From NCBI GenBank assembly GCA_951406725.2, contig OX597819.1, positions 1,736,001 to 1,800,000 on the forward strand: a stretch of 64,000 nucleotides of DNA, written 5' to 3'. The DNA is from Octopus vulgaris. Its lineage: Eukaryota. The notes beneath the pieces were generated by a model. That model had not been told where the DNA came from and made no database searches. It worked only from the letters and a program-made list of their open reading frames with translations. Each line of letters starts with the position of its first letter. The stretch's first letter is position 1. Position numbers and translations under genes: made by a program. Shown piece after piece: positions 1 to 13,080 of the stretch.

Positions 1-1298
1 GCAGCTGTGCAATATAGGGTGTTCCGTTTAATAAATGGTGAAAGACAAGAAATGACGCAAAGATTGGTATTTAACGGTCGGTCTTTTTACAAAATATGCC
101 TGTTTCTATACTCCCTGATATCGCATAATTTTACGAAGTGTCTAAGAATACAGAATCTTTTTCATCGACTCCATACTGAATCTGATGGACACATGGAGAT
201 TGTTTATGAGGTTAAGATATTATGTGACTCTTCCTTTCAACAAAAATACTAGTGGTGGAGAAGACGTTTAAATTTCTCAGACATTCGTTAAAGTTTTGGT
301 TGAAAATCGTGTATATTTCATGAAATACCGTCTCTTTAAAGTATCCAGTTAAAAGATTTATATAAGACAGTGCAACTATTTGATCCGTTGTTACTTCTAA
401 TCTGCCTATATGCTTTTCCATCCAAGTTGAAAGTGATTGTTTCCAATATTAGTTATAAAGCTTTGATGATGAAGTTTATCAAGTTTTTATGTTTAAGTAC
501 CTACCATTCAGATACTATTTAAGTAACGTTTTATGTGTGGTATATCGGTATTAATGCTAGCTAAGTTAATATTAGCTTGTTAATATTAGTATAATTTAGG
601 ACAGTTGATGGGAAATATTTCAAGAAATCCATGTTTTGTTATACATAACGCGGGGCCTTTCGGCATTCATAGTTAAGAATAAAATCTGAAAAGTAATTTA
701 GGCGACGTAGCGATGATTGTGGTCTCGAAACTATCGATATCAGTTTTTGATCAGCTGGTCTCAGTGTTTCTATGCATTGATTATTTTGTTCATCTAAAGC
801 TTTCTGTACAGCCAAGCTTTTATCAATATTTGGAAATCTGTAGTAATTCTTTCCGTCGATCTTGATGTTATATGTATCTATATCTGCATGTGTGTATATA
901 TTTTGTTTGTAAGTGCGTATGTGTATACGCATGCATGTGTGTGTGTTTGTGTGTTTGTGTGTGTGTGTGTGTGTGAGTATGCATGCTCAATGTTCGCATA
1001 CATGCTTGCATGCAAACTTGCATATACGTATACGCAGTTGCATATGAAGTTATACAACCGAACTCAATATATCAAATATCGTATTTTCAATTTTCATTCA
1101 AACCATTTTTTACCTGTCACATGACTTCTTTGACTTGTGGCAACAGCCGACATGTGAGCCATCTTTCTATAAAACCAAATGTACTCGCTCTTTTTAGCAG
1201 GTATTGATTCTCGAGCACAAGCCAAGTAGATATAAATTCTTAAAGAACAACGCAACATTTCTTTTGTTTTCATTTACTTATGCATATATATACCATAT

Positions 1299-1329
<31 letters not shown>

Positions 1330-1620
1330 CGAATATATATACATATATATATATATACACACATACACATACGTCTGGAGGAGATGGGAGTTCGAGTACC
1401 ATGGGAAACCTTAGACTTTTTCTATCAAAATGGGTTTTCAACCCAATATTTTCATGCTATTCTTTATAGTTTTGTGCTTCGGGATAGATTCTAAATAGAA
1501 TTCTTTGACGTTTCATTGAATGTTTATCAACTTCTTATGACATCAACAAACACACACGCACATACACACACACACATGCACACACACACGCACACACACA
1601 AACACAACTAACTATCTATA

Positions 1621-1683
<63 letters not shown>

Positions 1684-1690
1684 ATATCTA

Positions 1691-1753
<63 letters not shown>

Positions 1754-1906
1754 AAGTAACTAACTATCTATTCATCTATCTATTTAGCGAATTAGACATC
1801 AAATATATTAAATATATTAAATTCATCAAATACAAAATATGTTATACATGCAGAACGAGAGAAAGTAAATGGTAAAAACTTTCCGATGATGCATTTATAC
1901 GTGTAA

Positions 1907-1962
<56 letters not shown>

Positions 1963-2166
1963 GTGTGTGTGTGTGTATATTCATGAATAGGTTCACCTTA
2001 CACAGGGTACAAATGAGAGATAAGTAAAGCGGTGGAAGAAAGGTATATAGGTCCAACACCTGTTTCTGGGGGTTCGGTGATTCATAATAATGTTCGCAGA
2101 TTTAGTCCATCAAAAATGTGGCCGTATGGATGCATTTAACATAGGATAAGACAAACCTCCGTCATA

Positions 2167-2209
<43 letters not shown>

Positions 2210-2861
2210 ATATTGGTAAATTCAGTATATGAGTAAATGAACTAACACTATATTCAGAAATATAATCAATTGTGTGATGATATAACAATATCAACTTCCA
2301 TAAAAAAACGCGCACTTATACGAGTCAGTCTGCCTTTACGATACGTGTTCTGACTATTGTGTGTATTCACGAATTTGCATCATGGAACTAATATTGGCAA
2401 TGAACATAAATTTTACCCTGCAGTAATTTCGTGTGTAATTTATTGCTTCTTGTGACTTCATATTCATATATATATATATATATATATATGCATATATAAC
2501 TGTACATATGCATACGTGTGAGTATGTGAATATGTTTAGGTGCTCGAGTGCTATCTCTCATTTTCCCATCTTCATGGATCTGATGACGCTATGTCATACT
2601 GTCACTGATCTGTGACTTAAAACAGAAACAGCTGTAAAGCAATGATTGTGATTACGTAGCTCCTGTTCTTTAGTAATACGCCTATTAATAAATGTGATTA
2701 TTAATATATATTTATACACTCACACACATATATATATATACATACATATATATACACACACATATATATATATATAATATATATACATATAGTATATACA
2801 TATATATATATGTACATATAATATATATATATGTGTGTGTATATATACATATATATATATG

Positions 2862-2892
<31 letters not shown>

Positions 2893-2905
2893 GTATATAT
2901 ATATA

Positions 2906-2963
<58 letters not shown>

Positions 2964-2999
2964 AATATATACGTACACACACACACACATATATATGTA

Positions 3000-3170
3000 T
3001 ATACGGCGGGCTTCTTTCAATATATGTCAACCAAATCCACCCACAAGGTTCTTTCCTCGCGCTTATGTTATAGTAGAAGACACATGGCCAAGATTCCACG
3101 CAGTGCGGCTGAATCCCGAAACATGTGGCTGGGAAGGAAACTTCTTACTACATATCAACACGCGCGCGCG
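3000..3170 (-). mobile_element. tRNA-derived SINE, 5' head (same family as 40925-41345), adjoining a microsatellite tract
   Basis: The reverse complement resembles the head of the 40925 copy (cccagccacatg...cactgcgtgg...cttgg...ggatttggttgac...gaaagaagcccgccg). Confidence 0.65.
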
Positions 3171-3393
3171 CACGGATACATATGTATATTGAGAGAGAGA
3201 GAGAGAGAGAGGGATGGGGCGATAGTCTGCTTCTATTCAAAGCTTGACCACTTCTTGTTAGATGTGGTATGTTGATGCATGACCACATCAATCACAGCAC
3301 AAACATTGGAAATAATTTGAAATACAAGAATCACAGCACAAACATTGGGAATACTTCTCACCTCAAGTGGTAGTGTTGTTTCTTCTTGTTAGA

Positions 3394-3800
3394 TTAAAGG
3401 CTATTTAAGTAACGTTTTAGACTAGCGTTTGGATTACAGGTTTTATTACAATTATGGTACATGAGCTCGTCTCGTGGATTTATTATTGTCTCACTTGCGA
3501 CACCTATATGAAGATGAGTCCTAAAATGTGAAGTTAAGCCAGCCTTAGACAAGAAACTTTTATCACACGTTGAACTAGCGAATGATGACACTATTTCTAA
3601 GTTGAGCCATGTATTTCTGTAGATATCTTTTTATTTTTACATACTTTTGCTTCTTTCCTTCAAAATCTCTTTACCCGAGCCATGTTTAATTCCTACCCAA
3701 GAGTATTGATTTACGGATGGCTGTGGCAGTATATTTGCCCCACTTACTGGGTGATGGGTGTAATTCCATAGAAGGGTTTATTTACCTGCCAGGTTAAGCG
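3394..3800 (-). mobile_element. Decayed RTE-type LINE 3' end with C2H2 zinc-finger remnants
   Basis: Minus-strand CDKSFLSKAGLTSHFRTH plus a second degenerate finger, preceded by a basic RTE-like C-terminal segment containing stops. Confidence 0.5.
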
Positions 3801-4029
3801 AGAATACGAATCTTGAATGCGGCCTCCTTCAGATTTCCTATGATAATATCCAACTGTTTTATAGTTTACAGTTTTCTACTCATATATATCATTATTTACA
3901 TACTTGTGTCAAAATTTATTCTGCATTTACATGCATATATATATATATATGTGTGTGTGTATGTGTGTGTATTTGTGTATGTATGTATGTGTGAGTGTGA
4001 GTATGTGTGTGTGTCTTCTGTTTTTTTTA

Positions 4030-4662
4030 ATTATTATAAATCTTCCACTGAGGAGGAAGCCGGTTTCCAAAAAAGGTACATGGCTCCATCTATGTGATGT
4101 AGTTAACACACACAAATTCACATTTGGAACTTGAGAAAAGTCTTGGATATTTTTACTGTTCCACTCACAGATTGCATTTGTAATGTACGAATCAGCCAGT
4201 CAATTTCTCTTTCTAAAAATCCCAGTGTATCCAGATTCTCCTTTAAGCATTTACTAACAGAACCTAGTGCTCCAATTATTATTGGTATGAATATGAATTC
4301 ATAGTCTGGATATAGAAGCTGGAGGTTTCGAAGCAGTTGTCCATAGATATCCTCTTTTTCTTTGATTTTCAAAGAGATATTTATATCTGCAGGGCAGCTA
4401 ACCTCTATGACAGTACTTGCCTTTGCCTCTCTGTCCCAAATAACAATATCCGGTTTGTTATGTTTACATTTGACATAAGTTTTGATGGGAATATTCCACC
4501 AGTATTCCTTTTCTAAGTTTATTTCAGGACAGTCTTTTTGGCGGATGGCATTGTAAATTGTTTTAGCAACAACATCGTACCGTATAGGGAGGTAATACTG
4601 TGACATTTGAGGACAGCTGCTAACCAAATGCGTAATGTCTTCTGCAGAAACATGGCATGGCC
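4030..4662 (-). mobile_element. R4/Dong-type non-LTR retrotransposon 3' fragment (CCHC knuckle + restriction-like endonuclease)
   Basis: C....EDITHLVSSC knuckle remnant, R.D.VAK, KPDIVIWD...IEVSCP (PD-(D/E)xK) and IPIIIGALG. 5'-truncated at a (TATG)n tract. Confidence 0.88.
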
Positions 4663-5050
4663 TATGTATATTTGTATGTATGTATGTGTGTATGTAAGCA
4701 TGTATGTATGTATGTATGTATGTATGTATGTATGTATGTATGTATGTATGTATGTATGTATGTATGTATGTATGTGTGTGTGTATGTATGTATGCATGCA
4801 TGTGTGTATGTACGTATGTATGAATGAATGTATGTAAAAATGAGAGACAGAAAATGGAATTCATGAGAACTACTGCGGTTGTTTCGACTCATCATGCACT
4901 CGTACCCAACAGGTGAAATGCTGTACAATCAACTGTCACGCATTATAGTTGCAGATGCGTCTCCTCATGCGACTTTTCAAAAAGTATCTTGTTTCTTGTC
5001 GTTTCGCTTATTTCTATAACAATACATTTCAGTGTAGCATTCTATCCGTC

Positions 5051-5177
5051 TAATGAGCTGAGATAGAATGAAAGAATCCTTTTGATATAAGCAATAGAAT
5101 AAACAAGGGAAAAAGAATAAGGAAAAAAAATAATTGCTTATGTAAGAAGAATTCTTTCATTCTATCTCAGTTCATTA
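5051..5177. repeat. Inverted repeat / hairpin with ~45 bp arms
   Basis: taatgagctgagatagaatgaaagaatcc...taagcaat (5051-5095) is nearly the reverse complement of attgctta...gaattctttcattctatctcagttcatta (5133-5177). Confidence 0.8.
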
Positions 5178-5180
5178 TGA

Positions 5181-5352
5181 AGCAGAGACGCGTGGCTTAA
5201 TGGTTAGAGGAGTGGGACTCATGATTGTACGATTGTGATTTCGATTCCTGGACCAGGTGATGCGTTGTGCTCTTGAGTAAAACACTTCATTTCACGTTGT
5301 TCCAGTCCACTCAGTAGGCAAAAATGGGTAAACCTGCAATGGACTGGCATCT
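5181..5352 (+). mobile_element. tRNA-derived SINE (5' part)
   Basis: A-box-like tggcttaatgg and B-box-like ttcgattcc, followed by a body shared in reverse orientation with 6540-6675. Confidence 0.75.
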
Positions 5353-6387
5353 ACAACTATAATGCATGAGAGTGTAAACGATCGCAGTGGTTCTGCATAA
5401 ACAGACTCGGGAATTCCGCTTCCTGTCTCTCATTCTTTTATATAAACTCCATCGACAAAAAGAAATTCTGGAAATAAATCCAGTGGCATATACCGCCATA
5501 CTTACAGCTGTTTCTAGGATATTTATTAATTATATCCCTTCATCGGAGACGGTGTGAGAGGAAAAATTAAGTCATAGTTAGTTTCGATGTGATACAAAAT
5601 AGAGAGTGAGGTGGAGGAAAGAAAATAGATGTAAGATATGTTTGAATATTGAATTTGTAAATCCGTTTTATAGGCATAATGGTATATATGCAATATTCCA
5701 ATATCCTTTGAGTAAAATCCAAAAGTCCAACAGAGTTTAATATGAGTCCTTCCACATATAGAGTTTATAAGCAATGTAATATTCCCTTAGGAGTGAGAAC
5801 CAGAAGATTTTTAAACTTGGTCATTCCCAGTAGGGAATTTATATACAGTGTTGCAGAGTCAAAGTTTGTATTTAAAATGATTTAGAAATAGGGAGTGTAT
5901 TAGTATGGTTAAATTGAAAACAGGAAGAGTGGAATGAAATAAAGGGGAAAAAAGGGAAGAGAAAGAAAGAATGAAAGAGAAAAGAATATATATATATATT
6001 ATCTGTGTGTGTATGTGTGCATGATAGGCAGTATAATGGCTGTTCGAATTTTAGTTTTTGTAGCTGAAATGACCTTTAAGAAAAAGGGTAAGAAGATAGT
6101 TCTAGATGGAAGTATGTACGAGTGTATATGTGCTTGTTGCTGTTTACATGTGCATGCGCGTGTGGTTAGAACGTGTTCCATAGAATTAATCCAAATTGAC
6201 AAAGTAGAAGTGCATAACAAAAATTTGCATCCACAGGACTTATTTACCTCGCGTCCATGCATGAACAAGTCAATGAAGAAAAGAAAAAGCTAAGGTCCAA
6301 TTCCAAGAACACAGTTTCCCAACAGATATGCAGAAAAATCTAAGGTTAAAATGAAACACAATTAAAAATACTGATGTTGACACTCAC

Positions 6388-6675
6388 ACCAGTTGATCCG
6401 ATCAACGAAACAGTGTGCGCGCGAAATTAACGTGCAAGTGGCTGAGCACTCCGCGGGCAAGCGTACTCTGAGCGTAGTTTCAGGGTGACTCAGCATGACA
6501 TAGAATGTGACAAAGATCGCTCTTTGAAATATAAATACTACTCACTTTTGCCAGCTGAATGGACTGGAGCAACGTGAAGTAAAGTGTCTTGCTCTAGGAC
6601 ACAATGCACTGCCAGGAATCGAACTCACTTTAGAATCGTGACCTGAAATACCGTACCCATTAACCACACACCGTC
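6388..6675 (-). mobile_element. tRNA-derived SINE
   Basis: Minus-strand B box gagttcgattcc. Head and body match 5181-5330; the tail matches 40015-40170. Confidence 0.8.
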
Positions 6676-7642
6676 ACCGAAAAAAATACTGATAATAAAC
6701 ACTTAAAGGCAGACACACAGACACAGACATATACAGAAATCTACTGGTAGGTGATTATATTTAGGTTCTAAAGATCGATCTGTTACTGGCCAATTATAAT
6801 TTGTTGTAGAGGTGACTTCTTCATCGAACACTCCTTATCAATTATTCTGCGTTTGCATCAGACACATAAAGTATATTTTCAGTAATAAAGTACTTTTCAT
6901 GATACATTTTTTTATTTTCTTTTTTTTTGGGGGGGGGATAAATATAAATTCTGCTTCTGCATCTCTTAATGGTTAAAAATTTTAAATGTGCGCGCATACA
7001 CACACATGCACACATGCATACATACATATATACACATGTACATACATACACATCTATATACATTTGTGTATGTATACGGGTTTATTTTTCTAGCAATGGA
7101 AGAAATATGTGGCTCGAAGAAAAATCTGACATACTAGATTAGGAGAAAACGAATACTACTACTTAATAAAGGGCTCTCTCTCCAGAGTCTCCCTCATATA
7201 CATCCACACATATATATTGGCATATATATTTACACACACGTTCACACACACACACACACACACACTCACGTGTGTGTGCACGCGCGAGCGCATATATTCA
7301 TACATAAGAATATGAAAAGCATACAAATAATTATATATACATATGTGTGTGCGTATGTGTGTGTGTGTGTACATGAAGATATACAAATATATATGAGCGT
7401 GTGTATATCTTTATACATATACGTATGTACGTATATATCTACACGTCTGTAGTCAGATAAATAGCTAGCTAGCTAGATAAATAGATAGATATTAATATTT
7501 TTATTTGCCAAAAGTAACAATGTGACTCAAGAGGCTAGGGTTTCGTATAAAATATATCTAGTCACACTTTGAGGATCTAGTTATCATATCTATTCTATCA
7601 AACATAGACGCAGAAACATACATATACATATATATATACATA

Positions 7643-7706
<64 letters not shown>

Positions 7707-7930
7707 TATATGCTAATATATTATCCATAAATATGCAACTTTATATATATATATTATACATTAGAAACTATTCGTGTTAATATTTTCAATACTCCTCCCA
7801 CCTCGTACAGTTTGCTTGTTGCTATCGCCTCTCTCCGCTTTCACTGCAGTCTTGAGATTCTTATATTTTGCTGTTCTAACCATTTTCTACTCCTCAGTGA
7901 AAGTTTTGTCATTTCGGAAAGCTCTCTGTC

Positions 7931-7993
<63 letters not shown>

Positions 7994-8303
7994 TTCTCTC
8001 TCTCCCTCTCTTTCTCTCCTTCTCTCTCACTCTCTCGTTTTTTCCACACTCTCTCCCTCTCTCGTTTCTTCCACACTCTCTCCCTCTCTCTCATGCCTGC
8101 TTTTTCGATCATTACCATATTTATTGATTAATTTATTTTAGCTCAAATAAAAATTTGGGGGTTGCAAGTTTTAAACAGATAGTCTTTTATGCCTTATACA
8201 AACACACACACAAGCATAATTCCACACATATATGTATACATTTCTGCATACATATTTATGCATATACATACATACATGCCTACATACATACACATATATA
8301 TAA

Positions 8304-8366
<63 letters not shown>

Positions 8367-8443
8367 CCTTCATTCCTGAGCGTCCAATAATACTATATTT
8401 GTTCCACGTCCTCGCGTTGTTGTGTTTTCATGCTTGGATTAAC

Positions 8444-8503
<60 letters not shown>

Positions 8504-8586
8504 GGTCCCGGGTTGATTCGGGGTTAACCACAGTAAATAAGGTACTCAATACATAGCAGAGTAAAATTAATTTATTATATAGAAGG

Positions 8587-8637
8587 AGTTTCTACAGGAC
8601 TAGAACTGTTTCATTCAAGAGAAATCATCAGGAAGCT
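8587..8637 (-). ncRNA. Type I hammerhead ribozyme, mirror copy
   Basis: Reverse complement of the 8646-8696 motif, with one stem I mismatch (GAAACU). Confidence 0.65.
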
Positions 8638-8645
8638 TGTTAACT

Positions 8646-8696
8646 AGCTTCCTGATGATTTCTCTTGAATGAAACAGTTCTAGTCCTGTAGAAGCT
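8646..8696 (+). ncRNA. Type I hammerhead ribozyme (sense to the receptor gene)
   Basis: Stem I AGCUUC/GAAGCU; core CUGAUGA (8652-8658); short, weak stem II (UUC/GAA); GAAA (8671-8674); stem III ACAG/CUGU; cleavage triplet GUA ending at 8690. Confidence 0.72.
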
Positions 8697-8759
8697 CCTT
8701 CTATATAATAAATATATATATATATATATATGTATGATACGATGTGACAATTTGTTGGT

Positions 8760-8832
8760 TGTCATAATAAAACACAGAGTTTCGGATGCCGGGGCTGAAG
8801 TTTGCTTTGGCATCTCATCAGTTATTAAGACA
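8760..8832 (-). ncRNA. Hammerhead ribozyme in the Penelope 3' terminal repeat (stem III mismatch)
   Basis: Same as 11823-11895 except that stem III reads ACUC-U-GUGU. Confidence 0.7.
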
Positions 8833-9289
8833 AACGCTATGAAGAAAAAACCGTTGAATAAAGGGAAATTACTCCAATTGGCACATATACCCTTGCAGGC
8901 ATCCCTATACTCATATACACATCTCTACACGCACACATACATACATATGCAGATATACAAAATGTAGTTCATACGTATGTGCATATACATACGTGGAAAG
9001 ACGTATATACAAATAAAAACACATACGCAAAAATGCATGCATCTCTATACGCACATGCACATACATACGCGGATAGACGTATATACAATTAAAAACATAT
9101 ATGCAAAAAAAAGCATAAACGGTAAAGCATTCCCATTCGCCTCAAAACTTGAATATATAAATGAGTTATATATGTATATACACCCTCCTGTCTGTCAAAC
9201 ACATCTACACCTGCATATATATAAAAGTATATACATAGATATATGTATGAAGGAGGGAGACAAGTACAACAGGTACAGTCTTGCACTCG

Positions 9290-9323
<34 letters not shown>

Positions 9324-11822
9324 ATAATTCGTACACATGTATACATGCACGCACATACACATTAGTTATATACTACACGCGTATAAGTTACATAATTATA
9401 AAGGGTGTAAACAATATACAGAAAAATGTATAAAGCAATAAAATATATATAAGAAATAATATAAAAGATGTTAAAACATATGAAATGCTTGTACGTGGAC
9501 ATAGTATAAAAAGCAGGTTCTATCTGTGATCTTGGGGGTTCCAAAAACGTAGCAAATGTTTTGTCATATATGGACATGACCCAAAATTTCAGTTCTTGAA
9601 TTTAGACATGTAGCGGGGTCTAAAGAACTCTTCCAGATGAACCATGTTTCCATATCGGAAAAACTGCACTTTACACATTACACTTGGCCAAGATATTCCA
9701 GTGTCTCTTATAGCTGACACCTTTTTTTTAAGGACCATATATAACTGGATAATTTGGTTGTTTCCCTTTAATCCCAGTGTCTAAAACATAAGGTGTGATT
9801 GTTAAACCTGGCTTTAAAATTTCCCTCTTTGACACCCACATATATCTTTGACGAAACTATGTCCTTAGTGGTTGTAGAATCTACGGTGGCTTCATAAATG
9901 ATGGCCTCGGTCATACAAGTTCCATTTAGCGGGTACAAATTTTTAACTCTGCAAGAACAGTTTGCTTCCTTTTGTCGTTTTTGTTAGTTGTGTGCAATTA
10001 TATTTTTAAAGTTAGTAGTAGAACTAAAGTTAATTTTAAGTTGTGCCTATTAAAGAGCGTTCTATGATTATGATTGATTGGAAAATGCCTATCTATAAGT
10101 GATGAGAAATATCTACCTATATTAAAGGTCACTTCGGATGAGTAAGGTGGTGTGAACCAGATAATGTTCCCATTCCTATTTTTCCTTTTTTTTGTTACTG
10201 GACTAATGACAGGTGTATAGGTTATTTCCTCGCTAAAACCACTATCTTTTAGAGCTTTATTATTTATTGGGGCAACACTATTAAAAATGTTTATATTGAA
10301 GGAGGGGCTAGAAATTCTCTTACTAGTGTTTTAACTAAATTCTTAAATACTATGGGGGGATGGTAGGAACCTACATTTATATAGCTAAGCCTATCGTTGG
10401 ACTTTCTATAGGATTTGTAAATATTCTTATTTAAACCTAAAGATACATATAGGAAATTGACAATCATGAGGTTGGCATCTATTGTTTTGCTAAGATTGAA
10501 TGTTTTCATCATTTGGATAATGTCCTTCCTAAACCGAGCTTGCGCTGGCCCATTGATGTTTGTGGTTGAAACTAGAGCATCATCTTTGTAAATGGCAAAA
10601 TATATACCAGGAAAAGTTTTACCCAACGTATCGAGTAGGAATAGTCCAAGGAGATCGCATATGCCTGCGCCATCATATGATCCCATGCTCATTTCGAAGG
10701 CACCCGCTGTATCGGTTGTCTTAATCCACTCTGCGTTCTCACCGAAGAGTAAAGTCTTTCTAGCATGGAAGATTATGTCCTTATCTTGTGTAAATTTTCT
10801 ATAAATTCGCTTGCGAAGATGGGGGCTTTATCGAGCAGTTCTTTAGAGACAGAAGCATAGAAATCTACAATATCAAATTGTGTAAATCTCCCTTTATTTT
10901 TATTTCTAATGGCTTTAAACCAGTCAACCACTTCTATACTTTTAGACCATTGTACTAACCTAGTAGCATTTCTGACTTTAGCATTAATTTTTCCTTAAAA
11001 TTCCTTACTAATAATACCAATTTCTCATTTGCTGGGTTAATAAGTCTACATTTAGGATTAGATAGGAAGTTCTTTTTATGGTCTTTAATAGTTACAAAGG
11101 CCTCTTTCTGGGAGGACCTCTATTTTTTAAATCTAATTTAAGCCTAGCAGCGATGATGCTAGCTTCTTTATTAATGACGTTATAAACTTGTGGTCCAGCT
11201 TTAGTGTAATTATTAATAATGTTGTTATGTAGAAGTGGTGAGTATGCGTTGTTTTCTACAAGGTATAAGTTCTTGGTTTTATCAGAAAAAAGTGCCGTTG
11301 TTTTTTTTTGGAACTTTTTATGTATTTGATGTCATTTTTCAGTTTCTGTTGGAAAGTGTTAAAAGAATTACGAAATTTCATTTTGTTTATAAGATTCAGT
11401 AGGTCCCTTTCGAAGTCTTCTAAGACCTTGATTTTAGGAGGTAATTTCTTTTATTTTATTCCCTAAAATATTTTCTCTGTAGTAACCTTTTCCATGTTGG
11501 CTTTCCATCTCATACGCTTAATAAGGTCTGTAGTTTGCTCCAAAAGTTACTTAGAGTATAGTTCCCTGGATAATATAGGTATGATTCCCATAGAATAATT
11601 GATACTGATGACATCCAAATTAAATTCTTCTGCAGGACAGAGTCCTCAACCGATTTAAGGCATTTTTTTTTTCAAAACAAGCTGTATATGCTTCTAGAAA
11701 AAAAGCTGTGGTATATGGGAGGTAATTTATTAATAATAATGATATGACAAAAAAAGAATGAATGAGACCAGGATATGTAAAATAGAGAATTTATCTATAA
11801 ATATATGTGACAATTAGTTGGT

Positions 11823-11895
11823 TGTCATAATAAAACTCAGAGTTTCGGATGCCGGGGCTGAAGTTTGCTTTGGCATCTCATCAGTTATTAAGACA
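11823..11895 (-). ncRNA. Minimal type I hammerhead ribozyme in the Penelope 5' terminal repeat
   Basis: Minus strand: UGUCUUAAUAA-CUGAUGA-GAUGCC(loop)GGCAUC-C-GAAA-CUCUGAGU-U-UUAUUAUGACA. Palindromic stem III ACUC-U-GAGU; cleavage triplet GUU. Confidence 0.82.
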
Positions 11896-11953
11896 AACGC
11901 TATGGAAAAAACCGTTGAATAAAGGGAATTTACTCCAATAGGCATGGGGAAAG

Positions 11954-12006
<53 letters not shown>

Positions 12007-12899
12007 CGTTATATACATCCACACACCCATATTTATACAAATACATGAATAGGTATTTCTGAAGCAAAACCTATATCAGCTGCAGCATATAGTGAATCTT
12101 ATATCATCAGGTTACATGTCACTCGGGCTCATCACCAAAGGTACTTAATGTCATGTTTTATTACTGCAAGTATTGCCGTTTCAATATTTGGATGTGTGGG
12201 TTTCTTCTGACCACTTAGGTTTACAGAGTGAATAGGAAGTCTTTTATTTCTATGGTTCGTTTACCTTCCAATCCTACGGTTCCCACCGAATGTGAAATTA
12301 TTTTTTAAGAATTCAACAATTTAAAGAATATAATATAAATATTTGATCTAATAGTAGTTTTTTAATGAAATAAGATAGTTTTCACATCCATTTAAACCTG
12401 TGCTTTTATTTAATATGCTTCAATTAGATGCATAATTAAATCACGAACTAATCTAGAGATATGGAACGATTATCAGTAGCACAGCGCATTTGAGACCAGA
12501 CTTTGAAGTCAAAATTTCCATTTTTGAACTTGGCATACCAATCACGAGCGGTTCTTTCAGCTATGGCACCCTCTCCATACACAACACAAATGTCGCGATC
12601 AGCTTTTGTGGCCTTAGAACCTTGATTAAAAGCAAAAAGAAGGAGGTGTCGAAATGCTCGTTTTCCTTAATTTGACACTCATTTTAAAGATCTGAAAATA
12701 ACCAAAAAATAACTCAAATTAACTGGAAAGAAAGAAAAATAGATGCCAAAATGATTCAAAAATAGAATACTCGAAGTAAATAGATTCCAAAATTTAAAAA
12801 CGCAGTAAATCCCGAAAATTTATAAAAACGGCGGGAACTTAGTTGCCAGCCCAATATGTATATATATATATATATATCCATAATTTGTACATAGTATAT

Positions 12900-13080
12900 T
12901 CTTTATTTCTTTACTTGTCTTTCTCACTGGTCTTCGACTATGTTAGGGTGCCATCTTGAATGTTTTAGTCAACCAAACGGTGCTTTATTTTATCTTTGAT
13001 GTCGAAAATCAGTTACAGGGACTTAAGTAAATCAAAGCTGGTTTTGAAGTGGCGAGAAACAAGCACAAATACAAACAAGT
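12900..13080 (-). mobile_element. Degenerate SINE 3' part (family of 40925-41345)
   Basis: The reverse complement loosely resembles the 3' tail at 41200-41345; adjoins a (CA)n tract. Confidence 0.4.

Larger units (their letters stand above)
8570..8713. repeat. Near-perfect palindrome (68-bp arms, 8-nt spacer) made of two inverted hammerhead-ribozyme units; probably Penelope-derived
   Basis: 8570-8637 is the reverse complement of 8646-8713 with a single mismatch. Embedded among (TA)n tracts. Confidence 0.92.
8733..11955 (-). mobile_element. Decayed, near full-length Penelope-like retroelement (Naiad-like): RT + GIY-YIG with direct terminal repeats
   Basis: Minus-strand motifs in order: N-terminal LIKRMRWKA (~11500), NPKCRLINP (~11040), RT MGSYDGAGICDLLG / YKDDAL / VNFL / SYHPP (10291-10692), NIIWFTPP (~10150), CSC..YPL.GTC..AIIYEATV (~9890-9960). 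About 150-bp direct repeats at 8740-8885 and 11805-11945. (TA)n on both flanks; many stops and frameshifts. Confidence 0.88.

Noticed and set aside
200-930. Minus-strand ORFs 212-421 and 639-932 as host exons
   Set aside because: No convincing splice sites or recognisable domain. A degenerate (G)IL*RDGIS, similar to RT GILQGDS, suggests an old LINE remnant but is too weak to annotate.
9890-9965. Selenocysteine (UGA) recoding as reported for some Naiad elements
   Set aside because: The Cys-motif codons here are TGT/TGC (one mutated to TAC), not TGA. Other stops look like ordinary decay.
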